Both the position numbers and the translations under genes were made by a program. Below are positions 46,535-55,963 of a stretch of DNA of 64,000 bases, piece after piece (the first letter of the stretch is position 1; the number at the start of each line of letters is the position of its first letter). Source of the DNA: Patescibacteria group bacterium (GTDB taxonomy: Bacteria > Patescibacteriota > Minisyncoccia > Phycocordibacterales > CAIRYW01). The notes beneath the pieces were generated by a model. The model worked only from the letters and a program-made list of their open reading frames with translations, was not told where the DNA came from and made no database searches. Location of the stretch: NCBI GenBank assembly GCA_040389185.1, contig JAZKAJ010000011.1:1033-65032 (forward strand). Direction: 5' to 3'.

Positions 46535-47038
46535 ATGAAAACACCGATTACCGCCGGCCGCGTCTTTTCGCAGCTCTCTTATACAACCATCATCAAAGTC
46601 ATTGCTGCACTTACTGTGATGCACAATTCTGAGAAAGAGTGCAGGGGTGGAATCCTTGCTATTCTGGTGCAAGGACCAGAAGGAAGCACCCTCGAATCTC
46701 GCGAACTCGGAGCCCCGGGAGAAAAGGCATTTGATTCTGCCTATTTCGCCCACGAAAAAATCCGTCGCCTCGCCACTCGTCGCCTGACTGCGGGAAGCGA
46801 AGGGGAATATGCATCTTCGCAAAGTGCAGATCCTGAGAAGGGTCAGTACGGCGGCTGCGTCGTGTCGTGGCACGGGAAGTATGAAATCTTTATCTCATTC
46901 TCGGGAGCACCCGCTGTCGTGGATGAGGTCGTCACTTATGTCGTCGCTGAAGCCCTCGGGTTCACGGTTTCGACTGAGTATCAGAACGATCTTCTTCCGC
47001 AAGCTCGCGCACTACTCGAGCGTTGTCGCAGGCCATGA
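46535..47038 (+). CDS. hypothetical protein in a second high-GC segment
   Basis: 167-aa ORF; visibly high GC; preceded by (T)GAGACAG motifs at 46372-46392 and 46485-46505. Confidence 0.4.
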   Translation: MKTPITAGRVFSQLSYTTIIKVIAALTVMHNSEKECRGGILAILVQGPEGSTLESRELGAPGEKAFDSAYFAHEKIRRLATRRLTAGSEGEYASSQSADPEKGQYGGCVVSWHGKYEIFISFSGAPAVVDEVVTYVVAEALGFTVSTEYQNDLLPQARALLERCRRP

Positions 47039-47107
47039 AATAAGGCAAGTGTCGTTGATATCCCACGTGGAGTCCTGAGCAATCGGGACTCCATTTTTAT
47101 TTTTTTA

Positions 47108-47431
47108 TTAGAATTTTCTTGTTTCGAGAGGGAATAAATCGTATGCAATTTCTTCGTATGGGTGACTTGCTCGGAGTGCTTTTAATACTTCATCAACTTT
47201 ATCTGCATCAATCTGACATTCAATTCTTTCTTCCTCCACCTCTTCAAATTTTCCGACTTCACCGATTGCTGGTGTTGCACCTGTTTCAGGCTTGAATCTT
47301 CCTATGCCTCGTGTACTGAAACTGCAGAATGAATAGTTGGGATATGTGCCTGCACCAGCTTTGCCGATAGCTTGGCGAACAGTGTCTGCGTGGGAGAGGG
47401 GAACTGTGAAGACGAGTTTGTATTTGGGCAT
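47108..47431 (-). CDS. conserved hypothetical small protein (alpha/beta, about 107 aa)
   Basis: MPKYKLVFTVPLSHADTVRQAIGKAGAG...HPYEEIAYDLFPLE; a frameshifted paralogous fragment lies at 44478-44605. Confidence 0.45.
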   Translation of the reverse strand: MPKYKLVFTVPLSHADTVRQAIGKAGAGTYPNYSFCSFSTRGIGRFKPETGATPAIGEVGKFEEVEEERIECQIDADKVDEVLKALRASHPYEEIAYDLFPLETRKF

Positions 47432-47435
47432 AGGG

Positions 47436-48467
47436 TTATTTTACCACTCTTTTAGATCTTAAGGGTTTGAGTTCAGGGAACAAGTTCAAGTTAAAAATTT
47501 TATTCAATAATAGATTCCTTGTTATTTCATCCATTTTAAGCATGAGACTTAATAATGCTACTGAATTCTCGCGCCACTCCTCACTCGTCCTTGACCAGTC
47601 CCAAACAATCTCTCCTTCATCCTGGATGATGTTTGATGATTTTGGAATCAGTGCCTCGTGCACGGTTTTGTGTCTTATTTTTTGCCTTATTTCCCAAATT
47701 ACTTTTAAGTATTCTTCTACCCGTTCAGTATCTTTGATTATTTCTGAAAGGCGATGCTCGATCCACTCCTTTGATGTTGTTTTACTATGAGAATGAATTT
47801 TTCCATGAACACTACATTCAACTATTCCAGGACATTTAGGTGCTGTTCCTATTATTGATTCCGTTATAGAGAATAGAACCAAGATGCGCAGAAAGGATGA
47901 ATTTCTAATAGTTCTTTCGGTGGTAATCCTTGTATTTTCTTTACTATTAAAATAAGCCTTAATTAAGGATTTGTTTTCTCTAGACTGGTCTAGATATTTT
48001 TTATATAAATCCGCGTATCTTAAAATATGTGGGTAATTATTTGGGAAATATATTTTATTTGATATGTCAGAATAATCTAAAAGATAATTACACTCACCTT
48101 CGGGTATCATCTTATCCGTATCAAAATTTGTACTTTCGTACCATTCCAGAGAAATATAATCATTAAAAATTATGTTATGAAATATTACCCATTCGTTGAT
48201 TGTGTTTTGACTACATTCACTAAATTCAATATTCATTGAGTCCCAATACATCGTCCCAAATCCAACCTCTATCTTAACTCGGGTTGCGGGAGAGATTGTT
48301 AACCCGTTAATAGTAACTTCTTTGTTTGGGGCATGTTGAGTTGGTAGTGTAAATTTCACGAGTCTAATTATATATCTACATATATAATTGTCGATAAATG
48401 AGGAGGCGAGAGTTTCGATCGTTACACGATCAGTACCCCGATTGGATAATTTGTTTCGATACCTCAC
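47436..48467 (-). CDS. hypothetical protein with C-terminal Rx4H (HEPN-like) motif
   Basis: 343 aa with IRQKIRHKTVHEA near the C-terminus. The 5' end of the longest ORF overlaps repeat element E (48400-48467), so the true start may be downstream. Confidence 0.35.
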   Translation of the reverse strand: MRYRNKLSNRGTDRVTIETLASSFIDNYICRYIIRLVKFTLPTQHAPNKEVTINGLTISPATRVKIEVGFGTMYWDSMNIEFSECSQNTINEWVIFHNIIFNDYISLEWYESTNFDTDKMIPEGECNYLLDYSDISNKIYFPNNYPHILRYADLYKKYLDQSRENKSLIKAYFNSKENTRITTERTIRNSSFLRILVLFSITESIIGTAPKCPGIVECSVHGKIHSHSKTTSKEWIEHRLSEIIKDTERVEEYLKVIWEIRQKIRHKTVHEALIPKSSNIIQDEGEIVWDWSRTSEEWRENSVALLSLMLKMDEITRNLLLNKIFNLNLFPELKPLRSKRVVK

Positions 48468-48573
48468 ACATTATGCTCAATCGGGCTTCGAATCTCGCAA
48501 GCAGTGCGCCCCGGCACTGCACTCCTCCGCCCAACAAAAAAGGCGCCCATATAAGGCGCTCTTGTTTTGTATT
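48400..48573 (+). repeat. tRNA 3'-half mimic element, degenerate type-1 copy E, abutting the tRNA-Ser 3' end
   Basis: gaggaggcgagagtttcga is antisense-like to the tRNA-Ser 3' end. Also present: aatttgtttcgatacctcac (core-like), the T-arm copy gggcttcgaatctcgc, the hairpin gcagtgcgccccggcactgc and the acceptor copy ctcctccgccca. A long inverted repeat with the real tRNA end spans 48510-48590 and encloses the ggcgcc-catataa-ggcgc terminator. Confidence 0.5.
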
Positions 48574-48661
48574 GGGCGGAGGAGGCGAGATTCGAACTCG
48601 CGGTACCTTGCGGCACTCCTGTTTTCAAGACAGGTGCACTAAACCACTATGCGACTCCTCC
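48574..48661 (-). tRNA. tRNA-Ser (anticodon UGA), type II with long variable arm
   Basis: Acceptor GGAGGAG/CTCCTCC; 3-bp D-stem with large D-loop; anticodon arm CCTGT-CTTGAAA-ACAGG; variable arm GTGCC-GCAA-GGTAC; T-arm GCGAG-TTCGAAT-CTCGC. Confidence 0.8.
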
Positions 48662-48721
48662 AATATTTGGCTATGTTAGCAGAAAAAGCTGGAATTCACA
48701 AATTGGGGTATACTATTCTAT

Positions 48722-49114
48722 ATGAGAATTTTGGGTATTGATTATGGTTCAAAGAGGGTAGGGCTTGCAACTGCTGATACAGAGAGCGGTATGGCGTTTC
48801 CTCGTTCTGTTATAAATAACGACAAGGATCTTTTGAAGACTATTGGCGAGATTAAAAAAAAGGAAAATATCTCAAAAATTATTCTTGGTGAAAGTAAAAA
48901 CCTGAACGGTACGGATAACGATATTATGGAAGATATTCGGAAATTCAAGGCGGTTCTTGAAGCTGAACTTGATGTCGAGGTAATATTACAGCCAGAATTT
49001 TATAGCACTTATGGTGCATCAAGGATCCAGGGGGATAGCGCTATGATAGATGCATCAGCAGCAGCCATCATTTTGCAGTCATATGTTGATCAATTAAAAA
49101 ATATAAAACAATAA
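48722..49114 (+). CDS. ruvX: Holliday-junction-resolvase-like nuclease RuvX/YqgF
   Basis: MRILGIDYGSKRVGLATAD start and overall 130-aa YqgF pattern. Confidence 0.85.
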   Translation: MRILGIDYGSKRVGLATADTESGMAFPRSVINNDKDLLKTIGEIKKKENISKIILGESKNLNGTDNDIMEDIRKFKAVLEAELDVEVILQPEFYSTYGASRIQGDSAMIDASAAAIILQSYVDQLKNIKQ

Positions 49115-49115
49115 A

Positions 49116-49505
49116 ATGTCAGACGAAATAAAAGTAGAAGAAAAGGTGGTAGAAGAAATGAAAGTTGATCCAAAGATAAGTATTGATGATCTAAAGAAAA
49201 TCGAGGTAACACTGGGCAAGATCCTCAGTGCTGAAAAAATAGAAGGATCAGACAAGCTTTTAAAACTCAAAGTTGATTTCAAAGAAGAGTCAGGTCCTCG
49301 ACAGATCCTCTCAGGGATTCAAAAATATTTTCCTGACGAATCCGTGCTTGTGGGGCAGAAATGTATGTTCGTCACAAACCTCGCACCTCGAATGATGATG
49401 GGTATGGAAAGTAATGGAATGCTCTTCGCGCTCGGAGGAGGAGACAAACCATTTTCACTTTTGAAGGCGGATGATGCGGTGGAAGAGGGAACGAGTGCCA
49501 ATTAA
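49116..49505 (+). CDS. tRNA-binding domain protein (CsaA/Trbp111-like, EMAP fold)
   Basis: KLKVDFKEESGPRQILSGIQKYF...MFVTNLAPRMMMGMESNGMLFAL typical of the OB-fold tRNA-binding domain. Confidence 0.7.
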   Translation: MSDEIKVEEKVVEEMKVDPKISIDDLKKIEVTLGKILSAEKIEGSDKLLKLKVDFKEESGPRQILSGIQKYFPDESVLVGQKCMFVTNLAPRMMMGMESNGMLFALGGGDKPFSLLKADDAVEEGTSAN

Positions 49506-49534
49506 AAGCTCAGGCTTTTAATTGAATTTCTAAG

Positions 49535-49645
49535 TTCTAATTCCTAATTTCTAAAAAAATACAAATCAGTCGCTTCCCGAAGGGAAGCGACTGATTTTTT
49601 AATCATTTCATTAGAAATCGTAATTTAGAAATTAGGAATTAAAAT
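49535..49645. terminator. nested palindrome: terminator hairpin inside an 18-bp outer inverted repeat
   Basis: Inner aatcagtcgcttccc-gaa-gggaagcgactgatt followed by TTTTTT; outer ctaattcctaatttctaa (49535-49552) with its exact reverse complement at 49628-49645. Confidence 0.55.
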
Positions 49646-49659
49646 TTAAGGACCATCCT

Positions 49660-50751
49660 GTGATGTCTGTCCTTAAATTTTCTGGTATACTTATTACAAT
49701 GATCAAAAAGATTTTTGAATTTTTTCCTACACCGAGATTTCTAAAATTCTCTTATGTTGGCCTCGATATTGGTCGAGAGTCACTTCATTTTGCTGAACTT
49801 GTAAGTACGGGAGAAAGTTTCAAGCTTGGACGATATGGGCGCAGAGCTTTTGAGCCGGGTGATAATATCCTCACAAACGAATCTCTCAAAAAAACACTCC
49901 GAGAAATTAAAAAGACAGACGGAGTTACTTATGTAAAAGTGGCACTACCAGAAGAAGAAACATATCTCTTTACGGTGGAGGTGGCAGGAGATACACCACA
50001 GGAGATCAAGAACAACATCGAATTTCATCTTGAAGAAAATGTGCCTATTCAGGATGCCGACGCACTTTTTGACTATTATATCCTCCCAAAAAAGGATATT
50101 AAGATTGCGGTAGTATCGGTGGTATCTCGGCAAGTGGTCAACAAATACAATTCTCTTTTGGAAGAATGCGGAATGACTGCAGTATCATATATGGTGGAAT
50201 CAGGGGCGCTCTCACGATCAATTGTAAAGAAGAATTATGTAGGAAGTCATCTTCTTGTATATCTCTCGAGAGAGAAGACGATGCTCGGAGTTGTTGAATA
50301 TGGATTTGTACAATTTAGCTCTACGACAAGTTTTGGTGGAGCGCAGCTTACGAGTGCTATCCAAAAACAATTCAATGTGGATATTGAAGAGGCGAGAAAG
50401 ATCAAATATAAAGAGGGACTTTTCAAGACAAGTGGGGATGGTGAATCTTTTGCAACAGGTCTTGCAACCACGATCTCGGTTCTTCGAGATGAGATTCAAC
50501 GAGTGTCAGCGTATTGGCTGAAGCAAACAAACGGGGGAGGATCTCCAGTAGAAAAAATAATTCTCTGTGGAAAGGATGCGGCGATTCCTGGATTTGCGGA
50601 CTACCTTTCATCATCACTCAAGATGCCAGTGAAGGTTTCAAATGTGTGGGCGAATATTAATTATTACAAAAACCTCGTACCCGAGATTTCTTTTGAGGAT
50701 TCACTTTCTTATGCAACAGCGCTTGGACTCGTGCTTCCAACTAATGATTAA
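49660..50751 (+). CDS. pilM: type IV pilus assembly protein PilM (actin-like ATPase fold)
   Basis: GLDIGRESLHFAEL... actin-fold start; conserved gene order with pilN/pilO. The true start may be 49699. Confidence 0.7.
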   Translation: MMSVLKFSGILITMIKKIFEFFPTPRFLKFSYVGLDIGRESLHFAELVSTGESFKLGRYGRRAFEPGDNILTNESLKKTLREIKKTDGVTYVKVALPEEETYLFTVEVAGDTPQEIKNNIEFHLEENVPIQDADALFDYYILPKKDIKIAVVSVVSRQVVNKYNSLLEECGMTAVSYMVESGALSRSIVKKNYVGSHLLVYLSREKTMLGVVEYGFVQFSSTTSFGGAQLTSAIQKQFNVDIEEARKIKYKEGLFKTSGDGESFATGLATTISVLRDEIQRVSAYWLKQTNGGGSPVEKIILCGKDAAIPGFADYLSSSLKMPVKVSNVWANINYYKNLVPEISFEDSLSYATALGLVLPTND

Positions 50752-50784
50752 ATTTATCTAATTCAAAAATAACCGTTTATTAAA

Positions 50785-51318
50785 ATGTTTACACTACTTC
50801 CCGAACAACACAAAAAAAGATTATATCGAGAATATCGAATGAGGCTCGTTGTCATAGCTCTTATTTTTGTTTCCCTCTTTTTTATTATCGGATGTGCGCT
50901 TTTGTTTCCATCATATATTTCACTTAAATCAGAAAAGATATCGTACGAAGCAGATCTCACTAGTCTTACCAACCAGGTAGAAATAAAAGATAAAGAGGGA
51001 CTTACGGCAACCATGAATGCGATCCAATCAAATCTCTCGCTTGCAAAACCTGACGAGACGATGATCTATAGAGCTGTCGGTATGCTTTTGGACAATGTGA
51101 CAAACGATATATCTATTTCTTCTATCAATTACACCAGGGGTGATAAATCACAAAGTTCACTTAATATACAAGGAATAGCAAAAGATCGAACAAGTCTCAT
51201 TACTTTCTCAAACAATTTAAAAAAAGAGCTTATGTTTGAAAAAGTTGATTTACCTGTATCCAATCTTGCCAAACAAATCGACGTCCCTTTTAATATGACA
51301 CTTTTGGGTAAGTTTTAG
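50785..51318 (+). CDS. pilN: type IV pilus assembly protein PilN
   Basis: Short cytoplasmic N-terminus (KKRLYREYRMR), one TM helix, periplasmic domain; position between pilM and pilO. Confidence 0.6.
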   Translation: MFTLLPEQHKKRLYREYRMRLVVIALIFVSLFFIIGCALLFPSYISLKSEKISYEADLTSLTNQVEIKDKEGLTATMNAIQSNLSLAKPDETMIYRAVGMLLDNVTNDISISSINYTRGDKSQSSLNIQGIAKDRTSLITFSNNLKKELMFEKVDLPVSNLAKQIDVPFNMTLLGKF

Positions 51319-51327
51319 ATTAAAAAA

Positions 51328-51951
51328 ATGAAAAACAAGATAAACATTTTAATTATATTTGCACTCGTGATCACCGGGCTATCATCTGGCCTTTATATTT
51401 ATTTTTATAATTCTCTCGCATCAAACAAAGCAGAGGCGGGAGACTTGAAGTCAAAATCACAAACGCTTGAGTCAACACTAAAAAGTCTGGATGTTATCGA
51501 ACAGAATCTCAAAGGTACTGTCGAAGATGGCAACAAGATCTCGGAGCTTTTTTTGGGGCAAGATTCAATTGTTGATTTTATTCAAATGATCGAAGGCTTG
51601 ATGAAGAATGTTGACGTCACTGGCTCAGTTGACTCAGTTGTTGAACAAAATACACCGGAGCTTGATGCACTCGGTAAGGAGAAAATAAATATGGTTGTTT
51701 CGGCAAAGGGTAATTGGTCGGGGCTTATAAATCTCTTAGGGCTCCTTGAGAGATTACCTTACAAATCAACTGTTAATTCATTTTCACTTCGAAACGATGA
51801 AGTTACACTTGAAGCAACCAAAGGCAAGACCGCAACAACAACAAAGGTGTGGAAGCTTCAAGTGAACCTAGATGTCTGGGCAGTAAAGAAGGTGGATCTT
51901 AAGACTCCAGATCAAGGAACAGGAGAAACGCCAGATCAGGTAAACGAATAA
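51328..51951 (+). CDS. pilO: type IV pilus assembly protein PilO-like
   Basis: One N-terminal TM, a coiled-coil region, then a periplasmic domain; its start is 10 nt after the pilN stop. Confidence 0.5.
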   Translation: MKNKINILIIFALVITGLSSGLYIYFYNSLASNKAEAGDLKSKSQTLESTLKSLDVIEQNLKGTVEDGNKISELFLGQDSIVDFIQMIEGLMKNVDVTGSVDSVVEQNTPELDALGKEKINMVVSAKGNWSGLINLLGLLERLPYKSTVNSFSLRNDEVTLEATKGKTATTTKVWKLQVNLDVWAVKKVDLKTPDQGTGETPDQVNE

Positions 51952-51960
51952 TCAAAACAA

Positions 51961-52272
51961 ATGAAAAAATTTTCTATTACAATTTTCTTTAAAAAAATTA
52001 AGCATTCATTTGCGAATATTGGTAGTGATGCTGATAAAGACTGGAAGATCGTTCTTTCTTTGTTTATGTTGTCTATTCTCATCTCGATCATTTGGCATAC
52101 CAACCTATATTTAAATATCGGAACTAGCGATAACACTATCTCAAGCGAAGCGGCAAAATCCCCAATAAATACCAAAGCGCTTGGCGGAATGATCGTGAAA
52201 TACGACGATAGGGCGGGGGAGTTTCAAACTATTGCGACTGACAAAAAAGTCTTCGTTGACCCAGCTCGATAA
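51961..52272 (+). CDS. hypothetical small membrane protein (pilus operon tail)
   Basis: 103-aa ORF, one TM helix; 10 nt after the pilO stop. Confidence 0.3.
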   Translation: MKKFSITIFFKKIKHSFANIGSDADKDWKIVLSLFMLSILISIIWHTNLYLNIGTSDNTISSEAAKSPINTKALGGMIVKYDDRAGEFQTIATDKKVFVDPAR

Positions 52273-52497
52273 TTGTGTTAATTTGTATAGAATCCATCTC
52301 AAAATTAAGCGCGTATTCAAACATCTAATAAGAATGCTTGAATATCTAAAACCAAAAATTTCGGTAAAAAATAAAGTTTCGTCGGTCGACATAACACAGT
52401 TATGACTTCCTCCTCATCCTTTATTTTTTCCTTCGAAATTTTTGATTTTATATTATTCATTAATTTTGAGATTGATTCTAGGTATTTTCGCCCAATT

Positions 52498-52569
52498 GCC
52501 CCTGTAGTTAAATGGATATAACTGCGGACTTCTAAGCCGTTATTCGAGGTTCGATTCCTCGCGGGGGCA
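52498..52569 (+). tRNA. tRNA-Arg (anticodon UCU) with an A31/G39 mismatch at the base of the anticodon stem
   Basis: Acceptor GCCCCTG/CGGGGGC; D-arm GTTA-AATGGATA-TAAC; anticodon arm GCGGA-CTTCTAA-GCCGT; T-arm CGAGG-TTCGATT-CCTCG. Confidence 0.6.
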
Positions 52570-52682
52570 CAAAGATAAACAAAAAGCCCTATCGTTTTTC
52601 AACAATAAGGCTCTTATAAATTTGGATTACGATTTACAAAATCTAATCCATAGAATCAAATATCTGAGATTTTTTATATGTT

Positions 52683-52830
52683 ATGCCCCCGAGCAAGCCT
52701 GGGATGGCTTGCGTCCAGGAATCGAAAACCTTTTGAGTATAATTTATGATTTTAAGAAATAAATTATCCAAAAGGTGTACTGATCCTGTAAGGATCGATA
52801 AGCGTACTCGCGGTCCAACCGGGAGCACTG
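52683..52830 (-). repeat. tRNA 3'-half mimic element, type-2 copy F (partner tRNA-Arg-UCU), minus-strand sense
   Basis: Block 52770-52823 is near-identical to the reverse complement of 11074-11127. Read on the minus strand, the element carries ctcaaaaggttttcgattcc, then the hairpin gcaagcc-atc-ccaggcttgc, then tcgggggca. That last segment matches the Arg-UCU acceptor 3' strand. Confidence 0.55.
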
Positions 52831-52835
52831 CCAAT

Positions 52836-53609
52836 TTAGTTTTGTAACCAAAGCACTTCAAATACAGATTTCATACTTTCTGCAATACTTTTGCTTCTTA
52901 TTACTATTCCATGTTCATTTCCTTTTGCATGAGAAGTGATGCCAACATTATCTCCATAAATGTCTATCTCGTTCTTGAATTTGAAAAGATCAGGCGAGAT
53001 AAATTTGAGTTCTCTGAGCTCCTTTTTATTTCTCTCTGGATGTAATCTAGTTTCAAACTTAGTATTTGAGGGAAGAATACCACGAGTAGGAATACTGAGA
53101 TTAACTCGTTTTTTCCAATAGTTTTCTAAAAACTTGTCTTCGAATCCTTCTTCAAGTGATTCACCTGATGCAAAAGATAGAATCTCTTTTGGTTTTTGTT
53201 TCAGTGTATCTTGTAAAACAGATTTGATACCTTCTTTACCTCCAAAAAATAGAACAGTAGGCTTATCCTCGTTTACTGTGAAGAACGCTCTAAACTCATC
53301 TTGGAATTCATCAACTTTCTTTATGGTCTCGGTCAATTCATCTTTCTTGTTTTCCAACTTTTCTTTTATTATATCAATATCTTCGGGAACAAAGTATTTC
53401 ACTGAGCTATTTTTCTTAGCTCTAATTTTGATGAAACCTTTTTTGGATAGTCGTTTTAATGCTTCGTACGTAGTCACTCTATTAAGTCCGGCAGACTCAG
53501 AGATTGTACTTGCCGGGCCAGAGCCAATCTCTAGGGAAGCCATAAATACCCTTGCTTCAATAGGGTTTAGGTCGAGTGAAGACAGCAATTCTTTTATTTC
53601 TTTCTTCAT
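52836..53609 (-). CDS. TrmB-family transcriptional regulator
   Basis: N-terminal wHTH NPIEARVFMASLEIGSGPASTISESAGLNRVTTYEALKRLSKKGF; 257 aa. Confidence 0.6.
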   Translation of the reverse strand: MKKEIKELLSSLDLNPIEARVFMASLEIGSGPASTISESAGLNRVTTYEALKRLSKKGFIKIRAKKNSSVKYFVPEDIDIIKEKLENKKDELTETIKKVDEFQDEFRAFFTVNEDKPTVLFFGGKEGIKSVLQDTLKQKPKEILSFASGESLEEGFEDKFLENYWKKRVNLSIPTRGILPSNTKFETRLHPERNKKELRELKFISPDLFKFKNEIDIYGDNVGITSHAKGNEHGIVIRSKSIAESMKSVFEVLWLQN

Positions 53610-53742
53610 TTGTCGTAATTATATTACAAAATATATGACTAAATTATCCTTATATATTAAGTATATTTAGGTATATATACTTAATTTAGTAATTACTATT
53701 TTACTATAGATACTATACATTGTAAAGTGTGCATAGTTAAAT

Positions 53743-54447
53743 TTGATCATTTACATCTACCCAAACCCTAATCAAATCATGAAACTCATCAGTAACACTA
53801 TTACACACAAAGGTCAGGAATTCACACCACCTGATAAAAAAGGCTTTAGCGTTGTTTTCCATAACGAACATCAAATTATCGCCGGAACATCTGATTGTTG
53901 TTGCGGCAGCATCTACTCAGGCACTGTGGAGGTGATTGGAGAAATTTCCAGACTCGTATTCAAGGAGTTTGTCGCTCCAACAAACGTACTCGACATGATT
54001 CCTATCTTCGTTGACCATAAGAAGACTGGTTTTATGGATGATCAGGCAGTGCTGATTGCTGGGCATGGTTGCGATGGCAAAGGTGTCTTTCTTCTCTCTG
54101 TCAGCGAATCAAGATCAATTCAAATTATGAGCACAAATGTTTATACCAGAAACTCCGCTCTAGGCCCAGCTGATAACTGCCGTCCGAGGTTTAAGCTCGC
54201 GGTAGATAGTAAACTCAGTGTTGCATTTCATAATGCAGGTTTCTATCCGAAGGCGGACGATGCTCAAGATCATCGTTTCTCGAGGTATGACGGCAGAAAT
54301 TTAGAGTGGTTTATCAATCCTGTTCCTGGCAACATTATTGATCTTACTTCAGTACTTGAAACTTACGGTTTCAGTGCAGAAAACACCTTCAAGATTCTGC
54401 AGGGGATGGAAAAGTGGGAAGGGCTCAGGAATAAATTGCCTACATAG
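53743..54447 (+). CDS. hypothetical protein (Cys-rich)
   Basis: 234-aa ORF with CCCGS and GHGCDGKG segments; the start may be the internal ATG near 53773. Confidence 0.35.
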   Translation: MIIYIYPNPNQIMKLISNTITHKGQEFTPPDKKGFSVVFHNEHQIIAGTSDCCCGSIYSGTVEVIGEISRLVFKEFVAPTNVLDMIPIFVDHKKTGFMDDQAVLIAGHGCDGKGVFLLSVSESRSIQIMSTNVYTRNSALGPADNCRPRFKLAVDSKLSVAFHNAGFYPKADDAQDHRFSRYDGRNLEWFINPVPGNIIDLTSVLETYGFSAENTFKILQGMEKWEGLRNKLPT

Positions 54448-54505
54448 GGAATGATGTCTTGAGACACTTATTAACGTACTAACTTAGGTTGGTACGTTTT
54501 TTATT

Positions 54506-55201
54506 TTACTCCTTTCTAAAATCTGGAGGAGTCATACCCTTAATCCAATAACTGAAATAGATAAATGGAGTGTCTATGAGGGCAAGTGGTACTTTGAAAA
54601 TCCATCCAGTACAAATAAGTGTTAAAAGTGTTTCTGTGCTAACAGAACCTAAGAATGCTAGTGGAAAGAAAACTAAACTATCTATTGCAAGGGAAGTGAT
54701 AGTTCCCAAATCATTTCTAAGCCATAATTTTTTGTCTGAAGTTTTTATTTTAATTACTCTATAGAACCAAATATTAAATCTTTGTGATATGAGGTATGAA
54801 ATAAAACTCGCTGTTACTATTCGGGGGATTGGGGTGAATAATGTCACCATTGCATCAGCTATGTTTGCTGTTTCCGGTGCAGAAGTAAATTGTAAAGCAA
54901 GCATGCTGCATATTATAAGCATAATTTGCCCCACGAATCCCATCCAGATTGATTGATATGACACCTGCTTTCCTTCATGTTCAGTTAGAATATCTGTTGC
55001 AATATAAATAGATGCATAAAATGCTTCTCCTGCTGTTGTGTTAAAACCAAATATTGGAATTAATTTATTTACAAAGATACTTGTCATTACGGCGTTTGCT
55101 ATTATTGTTGCAATGAGATAATGAGTACCTGCCTTCCATGCGAGGAGTACAATCGTAAAATCAATAATCGCTATTTCTAAAAATATTAATGCGTTATTCA
55201 T
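54506..55201 (-). CDS. yhhQ: queuosine-precursor transporter YhhQ (DUF165) family membrane protein
   Basis: AGEAFYASIYIATDILTE and SLAIDSLVFFPLAFLG motifs. The start is taken at MNNALIFLE; the longest ORF extends to 55294. Confidence 0.6.
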   Translation of the reverse strand: MNNALIFLEIAIIDFTIVLLAWKAGTHYLIATIIANAVMTSIFVNKLIPIFGFNTTAGEAFYASIYIATDILTEHEGKQVSYQSIWMGFVGQIMLIICSMLALQFTSAPETANIADAMVTLFTPIPRIVTASFISYLISQRFNIWFYRVIKIKTSDKKLWLRNDLGTITSLAIDSLVFFPLAFLGSVSTETLLTLICTGWIFKVPLALIDTPFIYFSYWIKGMTPPDFRKE

Positions 55202-55937
55202 GGTTTTTATATTTAGCTTCAAAGATTTCAAATGAAACCGGATGGATTTCACTCGATTGTTCTTTATATATAAGTCCCATTTCAAATCCGGCACCCGATA
55301 CTATTTCTTGGAGAGTGTCTAATTTTCCAAGCGTGCTACTAAATCCAATAAGTAGGCGACCGTTTGGTTTGAGATGGAGGTGAGCCTCCTCGATGAATTT
55401 TCTAGTCGATCTGTATTTTGGATCAAAAACAGATCTCTGGATGCTGCTTATATTTTCTTCATCAATGTATCCAAAAGGGGTATTCCAGAATATAGTGTCG
55501 AATTTTTCATCCTGTCTGATTGGTGCGTATAAATCACCTTGTCGGGCGTCTATTTTGTCTATTAGTCCAAACCTTTGGATATTTAATCTTGTATTTTCGA
55601 CTGCGCTTGGATTTATATCTACCGCCACAACTTTTGATGATCCGTTTAAAATTGCATTTATCGAAATCGCTCCTGTCCCGGGTCCAATTTCAAGCATTTC
55701 TTCACCAGGTCTCACAGGCAAGTGTTTTGCGAATATTTCTGTGTCATTAAAGTATTTTGGTGAAAAGACGTTAGGAAGTACAACAAAACTCCGACCGAGT
55801 ACTTCGGTAGTATAGGGGCCACTTTCTTCTTGGCTTTGATCGAGAAGCATTTGGGTGCCTTCAAGATAATCTCGGTAATTCAGTTGTTCTGATCTAACTA
55901 ATTCCATAATAGGGAAGTATAGTAGGGTAGTTGACAT
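55194..55937 (-). CDS. class I SAM-dependent methyltransferase, HemK/PrmC-like (NPPF-type motif IV)
   Basis: SAM motif I LEIGPGTGAISI, acidic loop VVAVDIN, motif IV IFWNTPFG. Confidence 0.65.
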   Translation of the reverse strand: MSTTLLYFPIMELVRSEQLNYRDYLEGTQMLLDQSQEESGPYTTEVLGRSFVVLPNVFSPKYFNDTEIFAKHLPVRPGEEMLEIGPGTGAISINAILNGSSKVVAVDINPSAVENTRLNIQRFGLIDKIDARQGDLYAPIRQDEKFDTIFWNTPFGYIDEENISSIQRSVFDPKYRSTRKFIEEAHLHLKPNGRLLIGFSSTLGKLDTLQEIVSGAGFEMGLIYKEQSSEIHPVSFEIFEAKYKNHE

Positions 55938-55963
55938 AATTCAAAAAACAAGGTAATTTATAT

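Noticed and set aside
48388-48679. + ORFs (84 and 93 aa) covering tRNA-Ser and element E
   Set aside because: They overlap a clear tRNA gene and palindromic repeat sequence; they are spurious.
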